Source: Eledone cirrhosa
Taxonomy: Eukaryota
Direction: 5' to 3'
DNA length: 64,000 bases
Assembly (NCBI GenBank): GCA_964016885.1
Contig: OZ024766.1
Location: forward strand, 5,642,001-5,706,000
The notes beneath the pieces are model-generated. The model was not told the DNA's origin. It worked only from the letters and a program-made list of their open reading frames with translations, and made no database searches. The translations under genes were made by a program, and so were the position numbers. Shown here in pieces: positions 41,129 through 55,400 of this stretch. Positions within the stretch are counted from its first letter, which is position 1, and every line of letters starts with the position of its first letter.

Positions 41129-41577
41129 ATATATAATGTATAAATGTATGTGTGTATAAATATGTGTACAGAGATATAGGAGTATATTTGATGTGGAAGG
41201 ATTCTGAAATATTTGATATATATATGTGTGTATATAATATATAAACATATGTGTATATAATATATATATATATATGTGTGTGTGTGTGTATATAATGTAT
41301 AAATGTATGTGTGTATAAATATGTGTACAGAGATATAGGAGAATATTTGATGTGGAAGGATTCTGAAATATTTGATATATATATGTGTGTATATAATATA
41401 TAAACATATGTGTATATAATATATATATATATATGTGTGTGTGTGTGTATATAATGTATAAATGTATGTGTGTATAAATATGTGTACAGAGATATAGGAG
41501 TATATTTGATGTGGAAGGATTCTGAAATATTTGATATATATATGTGTGTATATAATATATAAACATATGTGTATATA

Positions 41578-41609
<32 letters not shown>

Positions 41610-41738
41610 ATATAATGTATAAATGTATGTGTGTATAAATATGTGTACAGAGATATAGGAGTATATTTGATGTGGAAGGATTCTGAAATATTTGATATAT
41701 ATATGTGTGTATATAATATATAAACATATGTGTATATA

Positions 41739-41774
<36 letters not shown>

Positions 41775-42677
41775 ATATATAATGTATAAATGTATGTGTG
41801 TATAAATATGTGTACAGAGATATAGGAGTATATTTGATGTGGAAGGATTCTGAAATATTTGATATATATATGTGTGTATATAATATATAAACATATGTGT
41901 ATATAATATATATATATATATGTGTGTGTGTGTGTATATAATGTATAAATGTATGTGTGTATAAATATGTGTACAGAGATATAGGAGTATATTTGATGTG
42001 GAAGGATTCTGAAATATTTGATATATATATGTGTGTATATAATATATAAACATATGTGTATATAATATATATATATATATGTGTGTGTGTGTGTATATAA
42101 TGTATAAATGTATGTGTGTATAAATATGTGTACAGAGATATAGGAGTATATTTGATGTGGAAGGATTCTGAAATATTTGATATATATATGTGTGTATATA
42201 ATATATAAACATATGTGTATATAATATATATATATATATGTGTGTGTGTGTGTATATAATGTATAAATGTATGTGTGTATAAATATGTGTACAGAGATAT
42301 AGGAGTATATTTGATGTGGAAGGATTCTGAAATATTTGATATATATATGTGTGTATATAATATATAAACATATGTGTATATAATATATATATATATATGT
42401 GTGTGTGTGTGTATATAATGTATAAATGTATGTGTGTATAAATATGTGTACAGAGATATAGGAGTATATTTGATGTGGAAGGATTCTGAAATATTTGATA
42501 TATATATGTGTGTATATAATATATAAACATATGTGTATATAATATATATATATATATGTGTGTGTGTGTGTATATAATGTATAAATGTATGTGTGTATAA
42601 ATATGTGTACAGAGATATAGGAGTATATTTGATGTGGAAGGATTCTGAAATATTTGATATATATATGTGTGTATATA

Positions 42678-42680
<3 letters not shown>
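40355..42680. repeat. 159-167-bp tandem array, 15 copies, each carrying the exon H acceptor and first 34 nt of the exon
   Basis: cagagatataggagtatatttgatgtggaaggattCTGaaatat repeated; unit length varies through AT/GT tracts. Confidence 0.93.
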
Positions 42681-42711
<31 letters not shown>

Positions 42712-42765
42712 ATAATATATAAATGTATAAATGTATGTGTGTATAAATATGTGTATGTATGTGTG

Positions 42766-42803
<38 letters not shown>

Positions 42804-42946
42804 ATATATAAATGTATAAATGTATGTGTGTATATAAATATGTGTATGTGTGTATGTGTGTGTATATATATATGTGTATGTATGTGTATATAATATATAT
42901 ATATATGTGTGTGTGTGTATATAATATATAAATGTATGTGTATATA

Positions 42947-42980
<34 letters not shown>

Positions 42981-43193
42981 ATATAATATATAAATGTATA
43001 AATGTATGTGTGTATGTGTGTGTATATATATGTGTATGTATGTGTATATAATATATATATATATATATATGTGTGTGTGTATATAATATATAAATGTATG
43101 TGTGTATATAAATATGTGTATGTGTATGTGTGTGTATATATTTATGTGTATGTATGTGTATATAATATATATATAATATATAAATGTATGTGT

Positions 43194-43259
<66 letters not shown>

Positions 43260-43924
43260 ATATATAAATGTATAAATGTATGTGTGTATGTGTGTGTATA
43301 TATATGTGTATGTATGTGTATATAATATATAAATGTATAAATGTATGTGTGTATATAAATATGTGTATGTATGCGTGTGTATGTATGTGTATATAATATA
43401 TATATATATGTGTGTGTGTATATAATATATAAATGTATAAATGTATGTGTGTATATAAATATGTGTATGTGTGTGTGTGTGTATATATATATATGTGTAT
43501 GTGTGTGTATATATATATATGTGTATGTAGAACTTAGAAGGCCAAGACTAAACAGCAACAAACAGAAAGAATGAATGGAATAACAACACCAAAACAAACA
43601 ACACTGACCTAAGAGAAGTATAAATAAATAAATAAATAAATAGATAAATAAATAAATAAATACATACACAAGCACAATAACAACAAACACATATAAACAC
43701 GCACTGGTAAAGATAGAATACATAGAATACAATCACGAATACACATCAAACAAAACACTATACACACACGCAAACGCATGTGCAAAGAAGACAAAATAAA
43801 ATAAACTAATAAATAAATATATAGACAGACTAAATAAAGATGGCGTAGACATACAATGTAACAGGAAGAAACAATATCACCACTGACGATGTTGCAGATG
43901 TGCAACGAAAGAACTTTGATAGAC

Positions 43925-43929
<5 letters not shown>

Positions 43930-43960
<31 letters not shown>

Positions 43961-44612
43961 AATTATTGTGTAAAGTGCTCAGGTGCACTACAACTCGTCA
44001 ATATAGTACATAGAATAATACACAAATGCCAGGGAAGTACATGTTTGTATGTGTTAGCTGTAGTGTTGGCGGATCTCGGGAAGCATGGAGGCCTTAAAGG
44101 ATGCAGTGTCTCGACAGCTAACAACTGATGCAGGTAGTTTGTTCCATGGAGGCCTTAAAGGATGCAGTGTCTCGACAGCTAACAACTGATGCAGGTAGTT
44201 TGTTCCATGGAGGCCTTAAAGGATGCAGTGTCTCGACAGCTAACAACTGATGCAGGTAGTTTGTTCCATGGAGGCCTTAAAGGATGCAGTGTCTCGACAG
44301 CTAACAACTGATGCAGGTAGTTTGTTCCATGGAGGCCTTAAAGGATGCAGTGTCTCGACAGCTAACAACTGATGCAGGTAGTTTGTTCCATGGAGGCCTT
44401 AAAGGATGCAGTGTCTCGACAGCTAACAACTGATGCAGGTAGTTTGTTCCATGGAGGCCTTAAAGGATGCAGTGTCTCGACAGCTAACAACTGATGCAGG
44501 TAGTTTGTTCCATGCTTCAGCAACTCTGAGCGTGAAAAAATGTTTCCGAAAGTCATGGGAACTGTGCTGTTTTCTTACTTTGTGGGCATGTCCACGTGTG
44601 TTAGACACATGG
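43930..44612 (-). mobile_element. CR1-group LINE 3' end with 61-bp array (7 copies, 44084-44513) and (TTA)n tail
   Basis: NTRGHAHKVRKQHSSHDFRKHFFTLRVAEAWNKLPASVVSC; tail fragment of the same family at 48272-48430. Confidence 0.85.
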
Positions 44613-44922
44613 AAATCGAAAAATATATGTGTTTGTGTCTATATTGCATCTGTATTTTTGACCGTTGGTCAGTCAATGGCAACATTGAGGACCGAATAAA
44701 TTAAATTAACTGATATAAAAGACACAGAAGCGAAAACCAACCAAACAGTGAGTGTGTTCTGTTATTAATTCTGGCAATATTATTACAACAATATGACCCT
44801 CCCCAAGTATAACAATAAATATATATATATATATATATATATCTATATTAAAACTGTTATACTCTGCTATGTATTGAGTACCTTACTTACTGTGGTTACC
44901 TCCGATTCAACCCGGAATAACG

Positions 44923-45085
<163 letters not shown>

Positions 45086-45136
45086 TAATGTATATACATA
45101 TAGATATATAAATGTGTATGTCAGTATATATGCATG

Positions 45137-45194
<58 letters not shown>

Positions 45195-45305
45195 CATACA
45201 TGCATGCATGCATGCATACATAAATGCTTACACACACATACAGCTGTCCCCTACAGCTCTATGTTCCCCCCACACACCGCACCACTCCTAACCCCCAATA
45301 CACAC

Positions 45306-45372
45306 CTGGTATCACTGGGGCATCCAACAGCGTGAACTGTACCACCATCTCATCTGTTGACAGACGGCCTAT
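45306..45372 (-). CDS. Exon G: IGRLSTDEMVVQFTLLDAPVIP(E)
   Basis: cctctattacag acceptor, CAG|gtgtg donor; 67 nt, phase 0 to 1. Confidence 0.82.
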
Positions 45373-45400
45373 CTGTAATAGAGGAGGGGGGAGGTTGTTA

Positions 45401-46582
45401 GATGGTGGTGGTGGTGGTGGTGTAGTGGTGGTGGTGGTGTGGTGGTGGTGGTGTGCAGTGGTGGTGGTGGTGTGGTGGTGTGGTGTAGTATGGTGTAGTG
45501 TGGTGGTGGTGTGGTGGTGGTGGTGTGCTGTGGTGTAGTATAGTGTGGTGTGGTGTAGTGTAGTGTAGTGTAGTGTAGTGTAGTGTAGTGTAGTGTAGTG
45601 TAGTGTAGTGTAGTGTAGTGTAGTGTAGTGTAGTGTAGTGTGGTGGTGGTGTGGTGGTGGTGTGGTGTAGTATAGTGTGGTGTAGTGTAGTGTGGTGTAG
45701 TATAGTGTGGTGGTGTGCAGTGGTGGTGGTGTGGTGGTGGTGTGGTGTGGTGGTGGTGTGGTGTGGTGGTGGTGTGGTGTGGTGGTGGTGTGGTGTAGTG
45801 TGGTGTAGTGTAGTGTAGTGTGGTGTGGTGGTGGTGTGGTGTGGTGGTGGTGTGGTGTGGTGCTGGTGTGGTGGTGGTGTGGTGTGGTGGTGGTGTGGTG
45901 TGGTGGTGGTGTGGTGGTGGTGTGGTGGTGTGGTGGTAGTGGTGTGATGGTGGTGATGATGGTGGTGATGATGGTGGTGATGATGGTGGTGGTGTGGTGG
46001 TGTGGTGGTGTGGTGGTAGTGGTGATGATGGTGGTGATGATGGTGGTGGTGTGGTGTGGTGTAGTATAGTGTGGTGTGGTGGTGGTGTGCAGTGGTGGTG
46101 GTGTGGTGGTGTGCAGTGGTGGTGGTGTGTAGTATATTGTAGTGTGGTGGTGGTGGTGTGGTGTGGTGTGGTGTGCAGTGGTGGTGGTGTGTAGTATAGT
46201 GTAGTGTGGTGGTGGTGTGGTGGTGTGGTGTGGTGTGCAGTGGTGGTGGTGTGTAGTATAGTGTAGTGTGGTGGTGGTGTGGTGGTGGTGGTGTGGTGTG
46301 CAGTGGTGGTGGTGTGTAGTATAGTGTAGTGTGGTGGTGGTGGTGTGGTGGTGGTGTGGTGGTGGTGTGGTGGTGTGCAGTGGTGGTGGTGTGTAGTATA
46401 TTGTAGTGTGGTGGTGGTGGTGTGGTGTGGTGTGGTGTGCAGTGGTGGTGGTGTGTAGTATAGTGTAGTGTGGTGGTGGTGTGGTGGTGGTGGTGTGGTG
46501 TGCAGTGGTGGTGGTGTGTAGTATAGTGTAGTGTGGTGGTGGTGGTGTGGTGGTGGTGTGCAGTGGTGTGGTGTGGTGTGGT
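45401..46582. repeat. (GTG/GTAGT/GTGCA) compound microsatellite
   Basis: Direct reading. Confidence 0.9.
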
Positions 46583-47422
46583 CACCTATCTGTATATCAG
46601 TAATCCTGACGGAGGAGATGTTGTCTGACCGCGCCAGGTGGTGTGGTGTAGTGTAGTGTAGTATAGTATAGTGTGGTGGTGGTGTGGTGTGCAGTGGTGG
46701 TGGTGTGATGGTAGTGGTGGTGGTGTGGTGTGGTCACCCACCTGTATATCAGTAATCCTGACGGAGGAGATGTTGGCTGACCGCGCCAGGTGGTGTGGTG
46801 TGGTGTAGTGTGGTGGTGGTGTGGTGTAGTATAGTGTAGTGTAGTGTAGTGTGGTGGTGGTGTGCAGTGGTGTGCAGTGGTGGTGTGCAGTGGTGGTGTG
46901 GTGTGGTCACCTACCTGTATATCAGTAATCCTGACGGAGGAGATGTTGGCTGACCGCGCCAGGTGGTGTGGTGTAGTGTAGTGTGGTGGTGGTGTGGTGG
47001 TGGTGGTGGTGGTGTGCAGTGGTGTGGTGTGGTGTGGTCACCTACCTGTATATCAGTAATCCTGACGGAGGAGATGTTGGCTGACCGCGCCAGGTGGTGT
47101 GGTGTAGTGTAGTGTGGTGGTGGTGTGGTGTAGTGTGGTGGTGTGGTGTGGTCACCCACCTGTATATCAGTAATCCTGACGGAGGAGATGTTGGCTGACC
47201 GCGCCAGGTGGTGTGGTGTAGTGTAGTGTGGTGGTGGTGTGGTGTAGTGTGGTGGTGTGGTGTGGTCACCCACCTGTATATCAGTAATCCTGACGGAGGA
47301 GATGTTGGCTGACCGCGCCAGGTGGTGTGGTGTAGTGTAGTGTGGTGGTGTGTGGTGTGGTGTGGTCACCCACCTGTATATCAGTAATCCTGACGGAGGA
47401 GATGTTGGCTGACCGCGCCAGG
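46580..47422. repeat. Seven copies of the exon F 3' end plus donor, separated by variable GTG tracts
   Basis: Exon-end equivalents at 47374, 47274, 47160, 47046, 46915, 46742, 46590. Confidence 0.93.
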
Positions 47423-47483
47423 GAGTTCCGGAGAGACGGGAAGATGAGACTCTGGTAGCCATTGATGTAGATGTCAAACTTAT
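47374..47483 (-). CDS. Exon F: (D)[36 protein letters not shown]
   Basis: ctctcaacag acceptor after a long CT tract, CAG|gtgggt donor; 110 nt, phase 1 to 0. Confidence 0.85.
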
Positions 47484-47591
47484 CTGTTGAGAGGGAGAGA
47501 GAGAGGGGGTGATAGAGAGATAGAGAGAGAGGGTGATAGAGATAGAGAGAGGGAGAGAGAGAGAGGGGGATAGAGAGAGGGAGAGAGGGAT

Positions 47592-47628
<37 letters not shown>

Positions 47629-48122
47629 GGGAGAGAGAGAGGGAGAGGGGGATAGAGAGAGGGAGAGAGGGTGTGATAGAGAGAGAGGGGGTGATAGAGA
47701 GAGGGGGAGTGATAGAGAGAGTCATAGAGAGAGAGAGAGAGTGGGTGATAGAGAGATAGAGAGAGGGAGTGATAGAGAGAGAGTGGGTGATGGAGAGAGA
47801 GAGTGGGTGATGGAGAGAGAGGGGGAGTGATAGAGAGAGGGGGGAGTGGTAGAGAGAGATGGGTGAGTGATCGAGAGAGGGGGAAGGGTGATAGAGAGAT
47901 AGGAGGAGTGTTAGAGAGAGGGGGTGATAGAGACAGGGGGTGATAGAGAGCGAGGGGGGTGATAGAGAGAGAGGGGGTGATAGAGAGAGGGGGAGTGATA
48001 GAGAGGGATAGAGAGATAGAGAGAGGGAGTGATAGAGAGAGGGAGTGATATATATATATATAGAGAGAGAGAGAGCTCTAACCACTAAGCCATATGCCCC
48101 CATATATATATATACATACACA

Positions 48123-48208
<86 letters not shown>

Positions 48209-48215
48209 CATACAC

Positions 48216-48276
<61 letters not shown>

Positions 48277-49035
48277 TGAAATTATTGTGTACAGTGCTCA
48301 GGTGCACTACAACTCATCAAAGGTGCATGTATAGTACATAGAACAATACACAAATGTCAGGGAAGTGAATAGTGTCTGAGTCATGATATACAAGTGTGCG
48401 TGTGTATGGAGGGAGGGGAAATATCAGGTGTCTTGGTTGTCCATCGTAAACACCATGATGACATCTTCTTTATTTTAGTTCCCGTCTGCCGTGGGCACGA
48501 GGGGCGCTGTGGAGGCTGATCCTTCACTTGCCGGTCCGGGGACAATGGGGGCAGGGGAAGAGACCGGAGTCGCTTGGAGCAGCTGCTGATGGCTTTCTCC
48601 TCCTTTCACGGGCCCCAGTGACCTCTGCCTGTCTCTTCTCTTCAAAAGAGTCTTTGGCGCCCCAGAGGTTAGTTGCCCCCCACCATCTCATTTCCGCCTC
48701 TCGCCAATCGCGGCAGGGCTTTGGGAGTGCATGCTAAAGAAGAAACCTGTGCGGGAAAGGTTTTTATAGTGGGGGGGGGGGGGCCAGTGCACAGTGACGG
48801 TCCCACTCACTCGGCCGCAGAAGCCAGAATCCGGTGGTACGAAGGACCGTCACGACCAGGGACCTCCTTGGCTGCAGTGGATGACCACTACGTCTGTAGT
48901 GCCTTGCCGTGCCCTTATTAGGTGTAGTGTTGGCGCATAACCCCACCACAACATCCCCCAACCATTAAATATTTCACCACCACCCCCAACCCTCAATCAC
49001 CCACCACCCACCCACCATCCCTGCAATCAACTCAC

Positions 49036-49267
49036 CTTCCAGCTGGAAGCTGATGTAGTACCTGTCTCTCAGGTGGAAGCAGCTCTCTATGTTGAAGTTG
49101 TCGAGGTGGACGTGGCCCTGTACGTAACCATAGAGATGGATCCAGGCCTCGTTTATCACCTCCACCTCTTCCTCCACCCCCACCACACCCTTTCCCCTCG
49201 TTTCACCATCATCATCAGTAGCAGCATCGTTCTTGTTGCTGTTCTTGTTGTTGTTGGTGTTGTTGCG
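49036..49267 (-). CDS. Exon E: RNNTNNNKNSNKNDAATDDDGETRGKGVVGVEEEVEVINEAWIHLYGYVQGHVHLDNFNIESCFHLRDRYYISFQLE(D)
   Basis: ttttcataatttcag acceptor, G|gtgagt donor; 232 nt, phase 0 to 1; FNIESCF motif. Confidence 0.82.
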
Positions 49268-49499
49268 CTGAAATTATGAAAAGAGAAAGAAAAAAACAAC
49301 AGCTAGAAATATAATTATTTGGGGAAGGGCAACAGGAATCAATAAAAGCATAAATAAGCCCTATACTGAGAGCCCAGAGCCCTTTCTTTCTCCCTCCCAT
49401 TCTTCTGTGACCCTCCAACCCCTGTTTTCTCCTTCATTTTCTGTTTTTAAATATCAATAAAGTTATTTTTTTTACTAAAAAATAAGAATTTAGAAAGTG

Positions 49500-52400
49500 A
49501 AAATCCAGGGTGTAGCTTGGAGATCAGAGAGTCATTCAATGTAGAGTTGTTACTTCTCTGAATTGAGAGACCACAGCTCTGATACTACAGCATGTGGTTA
49601 GAATGTCTCAGGAAAGAATCTCTGAATTGAGAGACCACAGCTCTGATACTACAGACATGTGGTTAGAATGTCTCAGGAAAGAATCTCTGAATTGAGAGAT
49701 CACAGCTCTGATACTACAGACATGTGGTTAGAATGTCTCAGGAAAGAATCTCTGAGTTGAGAGATCACAGCTCTGGTACTATGGACATGTGGTTAGAATG
49801 TCTCAGGAAAGAATCTCTGGATTGAGAGATCACAGCTCTGATACTACAGACATGTGGTTAGAATGTCTCAGGAAAGAATCTCTGGATTGAGAGATCACAG
49901 CTCTGGTACTATGGACATGTGGTTAGAATGTCTCAGGAAAGAATCTCTGGATTGAGAGATCACAGCTCTGATACTACAGACATGTGGTTAGAATGTCTCA
50001 GGAAAGAATCTCTGGATTGAGAGATCACAGCTCTGATACTACAGACATGTGGTTAGAATGTCTCAGGACAGAATCTCTGGATTGAGAGATCACAGCTCTG
50101 ATACTACAGACATGTGGTTAGAATGTCTCAGGATAGAATCTCTGAATAGAGAGATCACAGCTCTGATACTACAGACATGTGGTTAGAATGTCTCAGGAAA
50201 GAATCTCTGAATTGAGAGATCACAGCGCTGATACTACAGACATGTGGTTAGAATGTCTCAGGAAAGAATCTCTGAATTGAGAGATCACAGCTCTGATACT
50301 ACAGACATGTGGTTAGAATGTCTCAGGAAAGAATCTCTGAATTGAGAGATCACAGCGCTGATACTACAGACATGTGGTTAGAATGTCTCAGGAAAGAATC
50401 TCTGAATTGAGAGATCACAGCTCTGATACTACAGACATGTGGTTAGAATGTCTCAGGAAAGAATCTCTGAATTGAGAGATCACAGCGCTGATACTACAGA
50501 CATGTGGTTAGAATGTCTCAGGAAAGAATCTCTGAATTGAGAGATCACAGCTCTGATACTACAGACATGTGGTTAGAATGTCTGAGGAAAGAATCTCTGA
50601 ATTGAGAGATCACAGCTCTGATACTACAGACATGTGGTTAGAATGTCTCAGGATAGAATCTCTGGATTGAGAGACCACAGCTCTGATACTACAGACATGT
50701 GGTTAGAATGTCTCAGGAAAGAATCTCTGAATTGAGAGATCACAGCTCTGATACTACAGACATGTGGTTAGAATGTCTCAGGATAGAATCTCTGAATAGA
50801 GAGATCACAGCTCTGATACTACAGACATGTGGTTAGAATGTCTCAGGAAAGAATCTCTGAATTGAGAGATCACAGCGCTGATACTACAGACATGTGGTTA
50901 GAATGTCTCAGGAAAGAATCTCTGAATTGAGAGATCACAGCTCTGATACTACAGACATGTGGTTAGAATGTCTCAGGAAAGAATCTCTGGATTGAGAGAT
51001 CACAGCTCTGATACTACAAACATGTGGTTAGAATGTCTCAGGAAAGAATCTCTGGATTGAGAGTCCACAGCTCTGATACTACAAACATGTGGTTAGAATG
51101 TCTCAGGATAGAATCTCTGAATAGAGAGATCACAGCTCTGATACTACAGACATGTGGTTAGAATGTCTCAGGAAAGAATCTCTGAATTGAGAGATCACAG
51201 CGCTGATACTACAGACATGTGGTTAGAATGTCTCAGGAAAGAATCTCTGAATTGAGAGATCACAGCTCTGATACTACAGACATGTGGTTAGAATGTCTCA
51301 GGAAAGAATCTCTGGATTGAGAGATCACAGCTCTGATACTACAGACATGTGGTTAGAATGTCTCAGGAAAGAATCTCTGAATTGAGAGATCACAGCTCTG
51401 ATACTACAGACATGTGGTTAGAATGTCTGAGGAAAGAATCTCTGAATTGAGAGATCACAGCTCTGATACTACAGACATGTGGTTAGAATGTCTCAGGATA
51501 GAATCTCTGGATTGAGAGACCACAGCTCTGATACTACAGACATGTGGTTAGAATGTCTCAGGAAAGAATCTCTGAATTGAGAGATCACAGCGCTGATACT
51601 ACAGACATGTGGTTAGAATGTCTCAGGAAAGAATCTCTGAATTGAGAGATCACAGCTCTGATACTACAGACATGTGGTTAGAATGTCTCAGGAAAGAATC
51701 TCTGGATTGAGAGATCACAGCTCTGATACTACAGACATGTGGTTAGAATGTCTCAGGAAAGAATCTCTGAATTGAGAGATCACAGCTCTGATACTACAGA
51801 CATGTGGTTAGAATGTCTGAGGAAAGAATCTCTGAATTGAGAGATCACAGCTCTGATACTACAGACATGTGGTTAGAATGTCTCAGGATAGAATCTCTGG
51901 ATTGAGAGACCACAGCTCTGATACTACAGACATGTGGTTAGAATGTCTCAGGAAAGAATCTCTGAATTGAGAGATCACAGCTCTGATAGTACAGACATGT
52001 GGTTAGAATGTCTCAGGATAGAATCTCTGGATTGAGAGACCACAGCTCTGATACTACAGACATGTGGTTAGAATGTCTCAGGAAAGAATCTCTGAATTGA
52101 GAGATCACGGCTCTGATACTACAGACATGTGGTTAGAATGTCTGAGGAAAGAATCTCTGAATTGAGAGATCACAGCTCTGATACTATGGACATGTGGTTA
52201 GAATGTCTGAGGAAAGAATCTCTGAATTGAGAGATCACAGCTCTGATACTACAGACATGTGGTTAGAATGTCTCGGGAAAGAATCTCTGTATTGAGAGAT
52301 CACAGCTCTGATACTACAGACATGTGGTTAGAATGTCTGAGGAAAGAATCTCTGGATTGAGAGATCACAGCTCTGGTACTATGGACATGTGGTTAGAATG

Positions 52401-55400
52401 TCTCAGGAAAGAATCTCTGGATTGAGAGATCACAGCTCTGATACTACAGACATGTGGTTAGAATGTCTCAGGAAAGAATCTCTGGATTGAGAGATCACAG
52501 CTCTGGTACTATGGACATGTGGTTAGAATGTCTCAGGAAAGAATCTCTGGATTGAGAGATCACAGCTCTGATACTACAGACATGTGGTTAGAATGTCTCA
52601 GGACAGAATCTCTGGATTGAGAGATCACAGCTCTGATACTACAGACATGTGGTTAGAATGTCTCAGGATAGAATCTCTGAATAGAGAGATCACAGCTCTG
52701 ATACTACAGACATGTGGTTAGAATGTCTCAGGAAAGAATCTCTGAATTGAGAGATCACAGCGCTGATACTACAGACATGTGGTTAGAATGTCTCAGGAAA
52801 GAATCTCTGGATTGAGAGATCACAGCTCTGATACTACAGACATGTGGTTAGAATGTCTCAGGATAGAATCTCTGGATTGAGAGACCACAGCTCTGATACT
52901 ACAGACATGTGGTTAGAATGTCTCAGGAAAGAATCTCTGAATTGAGAGATCACAGCTCTGATACTACAGACATGTGGTTAGAATGTCTCAGGAAAGAATC
53001 TCTGAATTGAGAGATCACAGCGCTGATACTACAGACATGTGGTTAGAATGTCTCAGGAAAGAATCTCTGGATTGAGAGATCACAGCTCTGATACTACAGA
53101 CATGTGGTTAGAATGTCTCAGGATAGAATCTCTGGATTGAGAGACCACAGCTCTGATACTACAGACATGTGGTTAGAATGTCTCAGGAAAGAATCTCTGG
53201 ATTGAGAGATCACAGCTCTGATACTACAGACATGTGGTTAGAATGTCTCAGGATAGAATCTCTGGATTGAGAGACCACAGCTCTGATACTACAGACATGT
53301 GGTTAGAATGTCTCAGGAAAGAATCTCTGAATTGAGAGATCACAGCTCTGATACTACAGACATGTGGTTAGAATGTCTCAGGAAAGAATCTCTGAATTGA
53401 GAGATCACAGCTCTGATACTACAGACATGTGGTTAGAATGTCTCAGGAAAGAATCTCTGAATTGAGAGACCACAGCTCTGATACTACAGACATGTGGTTA
53501 GAATGTCTCAGGAAAGAATCTCTGAATTGAGAGATCACAGCTCTGATACTACAGACATGTGGTTAGAATGTCTCAGGAAAGAATCTCTGAATTGAGAGAT
53601 CACAGCTCTGATACTACAGACATGTGGTTAGAATGTCTCAGGAGAGAATCTCTGAATTGAGAGATCACAGCTCTGATACTACAGACATGTGGTTAGAATG
53701 TCTCAGGAGAGAATCTCTGAATTGAGAGACCACAGCTCTGATACTACAGACATGTGGTTAGAATGTCTGAGGAAAGAATCTCTGAATTGAGAGATCACAG
53801 CTCTGATACTACAGACATGTGGTTAGAATGTCTCAGGAAAGAATCTCTGGATTGAGAGACCACAGCTCTGATACTACAGACATGTGGTTAGAATGTCTCA
53901 GGAGAGAATCTCTGGATTGAGAGACCACAGCTCTGATACTACAGACATGTGGTTAGAATGTCTCAGGAAAGAATCTCTGAATTGAGAGATCACAGCTCTG
54001 ATACTACAGACATGTGGTTAGAATGTCTCAGGAAAGAATCTCTGAATTGAGAGATCACAGCTCTGATACTACAGACATGTGGTTAGAATGTCTCAGGAAA
54101 GAATCTCTGAATTGAGAGATCACAGCTCTGATACTACAGACATGTGGTTAGAATGTCTCAGGAGAGAATCTCTGGATTGAGAGACCACAGCTCTGATACT
54201 ACAGACATGTGGTTAGAATGTCTCAGGAAAGAATCTCTGAATTGAGAGATCACAGCTCTGATACTACAGACATGTGGTTAGAATGTCTCAGGAAAGAATC
54301 TCTGAATTGAGAGATCACAGCTCTGATACTACAGACATGTGGTTAGAATGTCTCAGGAAAGAATCTCTGAATTGAGAGATCACAGCTCTGATACTACAGA
54401 CATGTGGTTAGAATGTCTCAGGAAAGAATCTCTGAATTGAGAGATCACAGCTCTGATACTACAGACATGTGGTTAGAATGTCTCAGGAGAGAATCTCTGG
54501 ATTGAGAGACCACAGCTCTGATACTACAGACATGTGGTTAGAATGTCTCAGGAAAGAATCTCTGGATTGAGAGACCACAGCTCTGATACTACAGACATGT
54601 GGTTAGAATGTCTCAGGAGAGAATCTCTGGATTGAGAGACCACAGCTCTGATACTACAGACATGTGGTTAGAATGTCTCAGGAAAGAATCTCTGAATTGA
54701 GAGATCACAGCTCTGATACTACAGACATGTGGTTAGAATGTCTCAGGAAAGAATCTCTGAATTGAGAGATCACAGCGCTGATACTACAGACATGTGGTTA
54801 GAATGTCTCAGGAAAGAATCTCTGAATTGAGAGATCACAGCTCTTATACTACAGACATGTGGTTAGAATGTCTCAGGAAAGAATCTCTGAATTGAGAGAT
54901 CACAGCGCTGATACTACAGACATGTGGTTAGAATGTCTCAGGAAAGAATCTCTGAATTGAGAGATCACAGCGCTGATACTACAGACATGTGGTTAGAATG
55001 TCTCAGGAAAGAATCTCTGAATAGAGAGATCACAGCTCTTATACTACAGACATGTGGTTAGAATGTCTCAGGAAAGAATCTCTGAATTGAGAGATCACAG
55101 CGCTGATACTACAGACATGTGGTTAGAATGTCTCAGGAAAGAATCTCTGAATTGAGAGATCACAGCGCTGATACTACTGACATGTGGTTAGAATGTCTCA
55201 GGAAAGAATCTCTGAATTGAGAGATCACAGCGCTGATACTACAGACATGTGGTTAGAATGTCTCAGGAAAGAATCTCTGAATTGAGAGATCACAGCTCTG
55301 ATACTACAGACATGTGGTTAGAATGTCTCAGGAAAGAATCTCTGAATTGAGAGACCACAGCTCTGATACTACAGACATGTGGTTAGAATGTCTCAGGAAA

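Noticed and set aside
46580-47422. CRISPR-like constant repeat with variable spacers
   Set aside because: The repeat is an exon end, spacers are simple repeats, the context is eukaryotic and there are no cas genes
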